NCBI RefSeq assembly: GCF_006345805.1
Contig: NW_021827432.1
Coordinates: 1-10,439, forward strand
From: Octopus sinensis
Lineage: Eukaryota
DNA: 10,439 nt
Direction of reading: 5' to 3'
A program made the position numbers and the translations under genes. The notes under the pieces are model-generated. The model saw only the letters and a list, made by a program, of their open reading frames with translations, was not told the DNA's origin and searched no databases. Shown here in pieces: positions 7,211 through 10,439 of this stretch (position 1 is its first letter; each line of letters begins with the position of its first letter).

Positions 7211-7609
7211 TCTTTAATATAAAAGAGAGGTTGGGTGTATGTCTCCTACGATTTAGATTCCTAACTACTCCCACATTTTGCGGTGCAGTTTTGCCGTTTA
7301 ACCAAAACGGGTATTTATAGTCGTAATTCATATCGAGCCCTTCTGGGTATTAGCGCGCCGTCTACGATGAGTCTACGATTTAAAAAAAAATTTACCATCA
7401 ATTTTTCCCATTTTTTAATGCAGTTTTGGCATATATAAGGGAAGTAACTCTCTAAAAAATTATTATTAAATCTCAGAACGTAAAAAGCTACAGTAACACC
7501 CCCCTTTGTGGTTAGCCATATTGAGATGGCTATTATACTTTACATCTCTAAAAATGCTTATATAGTTATTTCCCTTACAAACCCGAGCAACGACGGGCGA
7601 TACTGCTAG
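7211..7609 (+). mobile_element. Non-autonomous Helitron, 399 bp
   Basis: A|TC start at 7210/7211 and CTAG|T end at 7609/7610. GC-rich subterminal hairpin CCCGAGCAACGACGGG (7582-7597) lies 8 nt before CTAG. No TSD or TIR. Confidence 0.8.
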
Positions 7610-8144
7610 TATATATATATATAACTTAACCGAATGTCACGCATCCATTTCCAAGTAAGTTTATCATAACCTTTTTGATGCGATTCTACTCTATACTGCT
7701 TTCTCCCCTATCCTCTCTAATTCCCCTTTTCTCCCTCTCACAGTTCTCTATCTATCTCTCCATTTCCAATTATGTATGTATGAATGTATATGTTTGTGCA
7801 AGTAAGGAAGAGCTACACTTTCAAGCATATTTTATGCAAAGCTCGACGACTCTAATCATGTTTGTATCTTTCCATATTTCCTTCTCAGATCTCCATGTTT
7901 ACATTGGAATAATAACGTTCCATAATTAATTTGTCCATTAATATTGCAACACTGACTCATCATCAGAATGAAGTAATAGTTATTTTAGACCAGTTTTTCA
8001 CCCGCTTTACTGCAGGTGACCAAGGCTCATAGGAATAGTGAAAAAGGTTATAACGAATAAAGTCATCAGCACCGGAATTTAGAAACTGTTCCAGAAATTC
8101 GGTCAGTGATAACAGGGTCTCCATGATCCTTTGAAACCTAATTC

Positions 8145-8166
8145 ATATATATATATATACATACAT

Positions 8167-8251
<85 letters not shown>

Positions 8252-8269
8252 TGTGTGTGTGTGTATATA
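8145..8269. repeat. (TA)n/(TG)n microsatellite
   Basis: Directly visible. Confidence 0.95.
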
Positions 8270-8317
8270 AAGTAAATAATGGAGTGAGTTGAACGCAGAT
8301 GTTATTTAAAATTTTTA

Positions 8318-8403
8318 CTTTCGACCTATGTTTCGAAAGGCAACATTGGTTTTATTCTAAAGGAATAAACGTTGTGTAAAATGCAATCTTCTCATCAGGA
8401 AAG
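8318..8403 (-). ncRNA. Type I hammerhead ribozyme in the PLE 3' region
   Basis: Minus strand: CTTTC-CTGATGA-[57-nt helix II region, GAAG/TTTC base and TTTATTC/GAATAAA apical stem]-GAAAC-ATAG-GTC-GAAAG. All conserved core nucleotides are present. Predicted cleavage between 8323 and 8322. Confidence 0.75.
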
Positions 8404-8677
8404 AAAGAGAACCTATCTCAACAACAAGACATTATAACAATTACGATGACTGCATAAATGATAAACAGAACGTTATTAAGTATTAAAAAAAACCGTTCGT
8501 AGATTCGACGTCAAAGGCAGATACTAGAAAGAGAAGAGGTAAAGAAATAATAGGCAGAGAACAAATAAAGAGGGATACGTTAGTTGAAAAAAAATGTTCA
8601 AGGGCTTAGAAGTAGATTTCTCTATTGAAGTAAAGTGCAAGTTAAACTAACTGTTCAAACTATAAAGACTGGAAAAA

Positions 8678-9084
8678 TCACTTATATGAGCTAAATGTAT
8701 GTTTCTGCCAGTGTTTACATTTGTAAGATCACTCTATAAGTGTGTTAACAAGGTGATCCTTAGAGAAGAGAATATGGAAGAGTTCAGAGTTGCAAATGTT
8801 ACACAATTCCTTGCCCTTATCGTAAGGAAAAGATATGGACAGGATAAACCAATCTAACTTAAAATCTTTATTGTTGTCTTTAAGATGCCAAACAAATTTA
8901 CTTAGCCCTGTGCTATAACGTTTACTGCTATCCCTAAATGATGAATAATGACTGGAAATTCTCTTAGATAACTGGGAAGGGGATGCTCTAATGTAGAAGT
9001 AGACATCGGTACCGCAAGAATTATTAGACATAAATTTAATTCTGTTGGGGTTATCCTCAGAGACCAAAACCATGTTTTTATTGC

Positions 9085-9138
<54 letters not shown>

Positions 9139-9751
9139 GTGAGGGGCTGGAATTAACAAAATTAATGTTGGAACTCCCAGAAAATGAACTTTTATTTAGC
9201 AGACTGGTATAATGAGAAGATATAATTTGTGAAAGATTCTTTGTGTTGGAGAAGGCAACTCTAACTATATGAGAGTTAATAATCGAATAATATCTAGAAT
9301 TTTTTGGAAAGTTCTTACCAACCACTTCACAGAATTGTCAGTAAGATCAGATTTAATTTGTTTTCCAAACGGAATTACAAACAAGATAGTTTTCCTAGTA
9401 ACATTCAAATTGTAAGTGGTATTATCTTTAAAGAACGGTGAAAAACCTCTAGAGTGAAAAAAATGGGCTTAAATAACGCTTGCCTCCCTTACCCCGTAAA
9501 GGAATATTATTATGTTTTGTGTTGTTTACAATATTAGAATTAAAATCACTCTTATTATTACAACTAGATTTTTTGTCTTGAACAGTAGATGAAGAACGAG
9601 ATTGAGCAGAATCAATGTATATAACTTTTTCTTTATACCTAGCTTTTACCAAGGCAGAGTTATAAAATTCTGCCTTGTCGTTAAAAATTTTGCTACCCTG
9701 GTAACTGTTTATTGAATTTTCCATATTAACGGTAAACAAAGGATAATTCAT
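8678..9751 (-). pseudogene. Disrupted PLE polyprotein C-terminus (RT thumb end, linker, GIY-YIG endonuclease)
   Basis: KIFNDKAEFYNSALVKARYKEKVIY (RT C-terminus-like), KNFPKNSRYYSIINSHIVRVAFSN (linker), YIRAS..KRISSHYSSF..STGLSKFVWHLKD..CNICNSE and KCKH after a premature TGA at 8729-8731. Frameshifts near 9455 and 9325. YIG reads YIR. Confidence 0.85.
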
Positions 9752-9904
9752 TCATTCATTTATATATATATATATATATATATATATGCAAAATTTAGAG
9801 AACTGACCATTAGAAATGGACAGCCTATACGCTAGATATAGACGTCAAAATCGCCATTTTCCACGAAGAATGTGTTCTCAAGAAAAAAACTCAGCCAAAC
9901 CAAC

Positions 9905-9925
9905 TATCTATCTATCTATCTATCC

Positions 9926-9956
<31 letters not shown>

Positions 9957-9975
9957 CTATCTATCTATCTGTCTA

Positions 9976-10010
<35 letters not shown>

Positions 10011-10015
10011 TTCTT

Positions 10016-10046
<31 letters not shown>

Positions 10047-10082
10047 TGTCTCTCTCTCTCTCTCTCTCCTCCTCTCTCTATC

Positions 10083-10110
<28 letters not shown>
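9905..10110. repeat. Compound (TATC)n/(TGTC)n/(TC)n/(TA)n microsatellite; further (TA)n at 9761-9787 and 10303-10361
   Basis: Directly visible. Confidence 0.95.
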
Positions 10111-10113
<3 letters not shown>

Positions 10114-10361
10114 TTAACAATTAAGGAATGGCCTAATAGGCCATTCGTCCACTAGAAGAGCAGCCAGGACTCAAACGCTAAGTAGTAGCAATTCAGAAAT
10201 TAGGTGAAAATTTAAAAACGTTTACCCTAATTCATCTTTAGACGATGCAACGTTTCAGTGTTTTTAATGGTAAACCAGCCTAATTAAATTAAATTAAGTC
10301 CAATATATATATATATATATATAATATATATATGATATATATATATATATAATATAATATA

Positions 10362-10439
10362 CAGAAATTATAAAAAAACCCATAACAAGCAGGTGCATTA
10401 CTCTTGGGAAAGTGAAATAGTCTTTTACGTTTCGAGCCT
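10362..10439 (-). mobile_element. Partial inverted relative of the 2215-2393 repeat, cut by the window edge
   Basis: 10420-10439 is the exact reverse complement of 2293-2312 and the block adjoins (TA)n. Confidence 0.55.

Larger units (their letters stand above)
8270..9760 (-). mobile_element. 5'-truncated Penelope-like retroelement (PLE)
   Basis: RT C-terminal, linker and GIY-YIG remnants followed by a 3' region containing a hammerhead core. Bounded by (TA)n at both ends, so boundaries are approximate. Confidence 0.85.

Noticed and set aside
6852-7331. 159-aa minus-strand ORF
   Set aside because: Crosses the Helitron end, (TA)n, the SINE tail and another repeat, so it is a chance open frame.
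7955-8070. Two further minus-strand CTGATGA motifs
   Set aside because: No downstream GAAA or compatible helices.
1-10439. CRISPR array or prokaryotic defence system
   Set aside because: No regularly spaced repeat-spacer units and no prokaryotic gene organisation.

Overview
Repeat-saturated eukaryotic non-coding DNA (intergenic or intronic). The tRNA-derived SINE types and dense (TA)/(CA)/(TATC) microsatellites suggest an Octopus-like cephalopod genome (inference from recognition, not a search). No intact host gene is supportable and most tracked ORFs are microsatellite or repeat artefacts. Supported elements: a full-length but dead Tc1-family transposon with long IR/DR TIRs (4065-5682); a 5'-truncated Penelope-like retroelement (RT C-terminus, linker and GIY-YIG, minus strand, about 8270-9760) with a complete hammerhead ribozyme core downstream of the ORF (8318-8403); two SINE families, including a head-to-head inverted pair about 96% identical with separate TSDs; a 457-bp TIR element with an 8-bp TSD and internal telomere-like repeats; a 399-bp non-autonomous Helitron; and two small fold-back palindromes. 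The most interesting signals are the canonical hammerhead, further variant hammerhead-like motifs in TA-bounded repeats, and nested inverted repeats at 2529-3612. All alignments and folds were done by eye.
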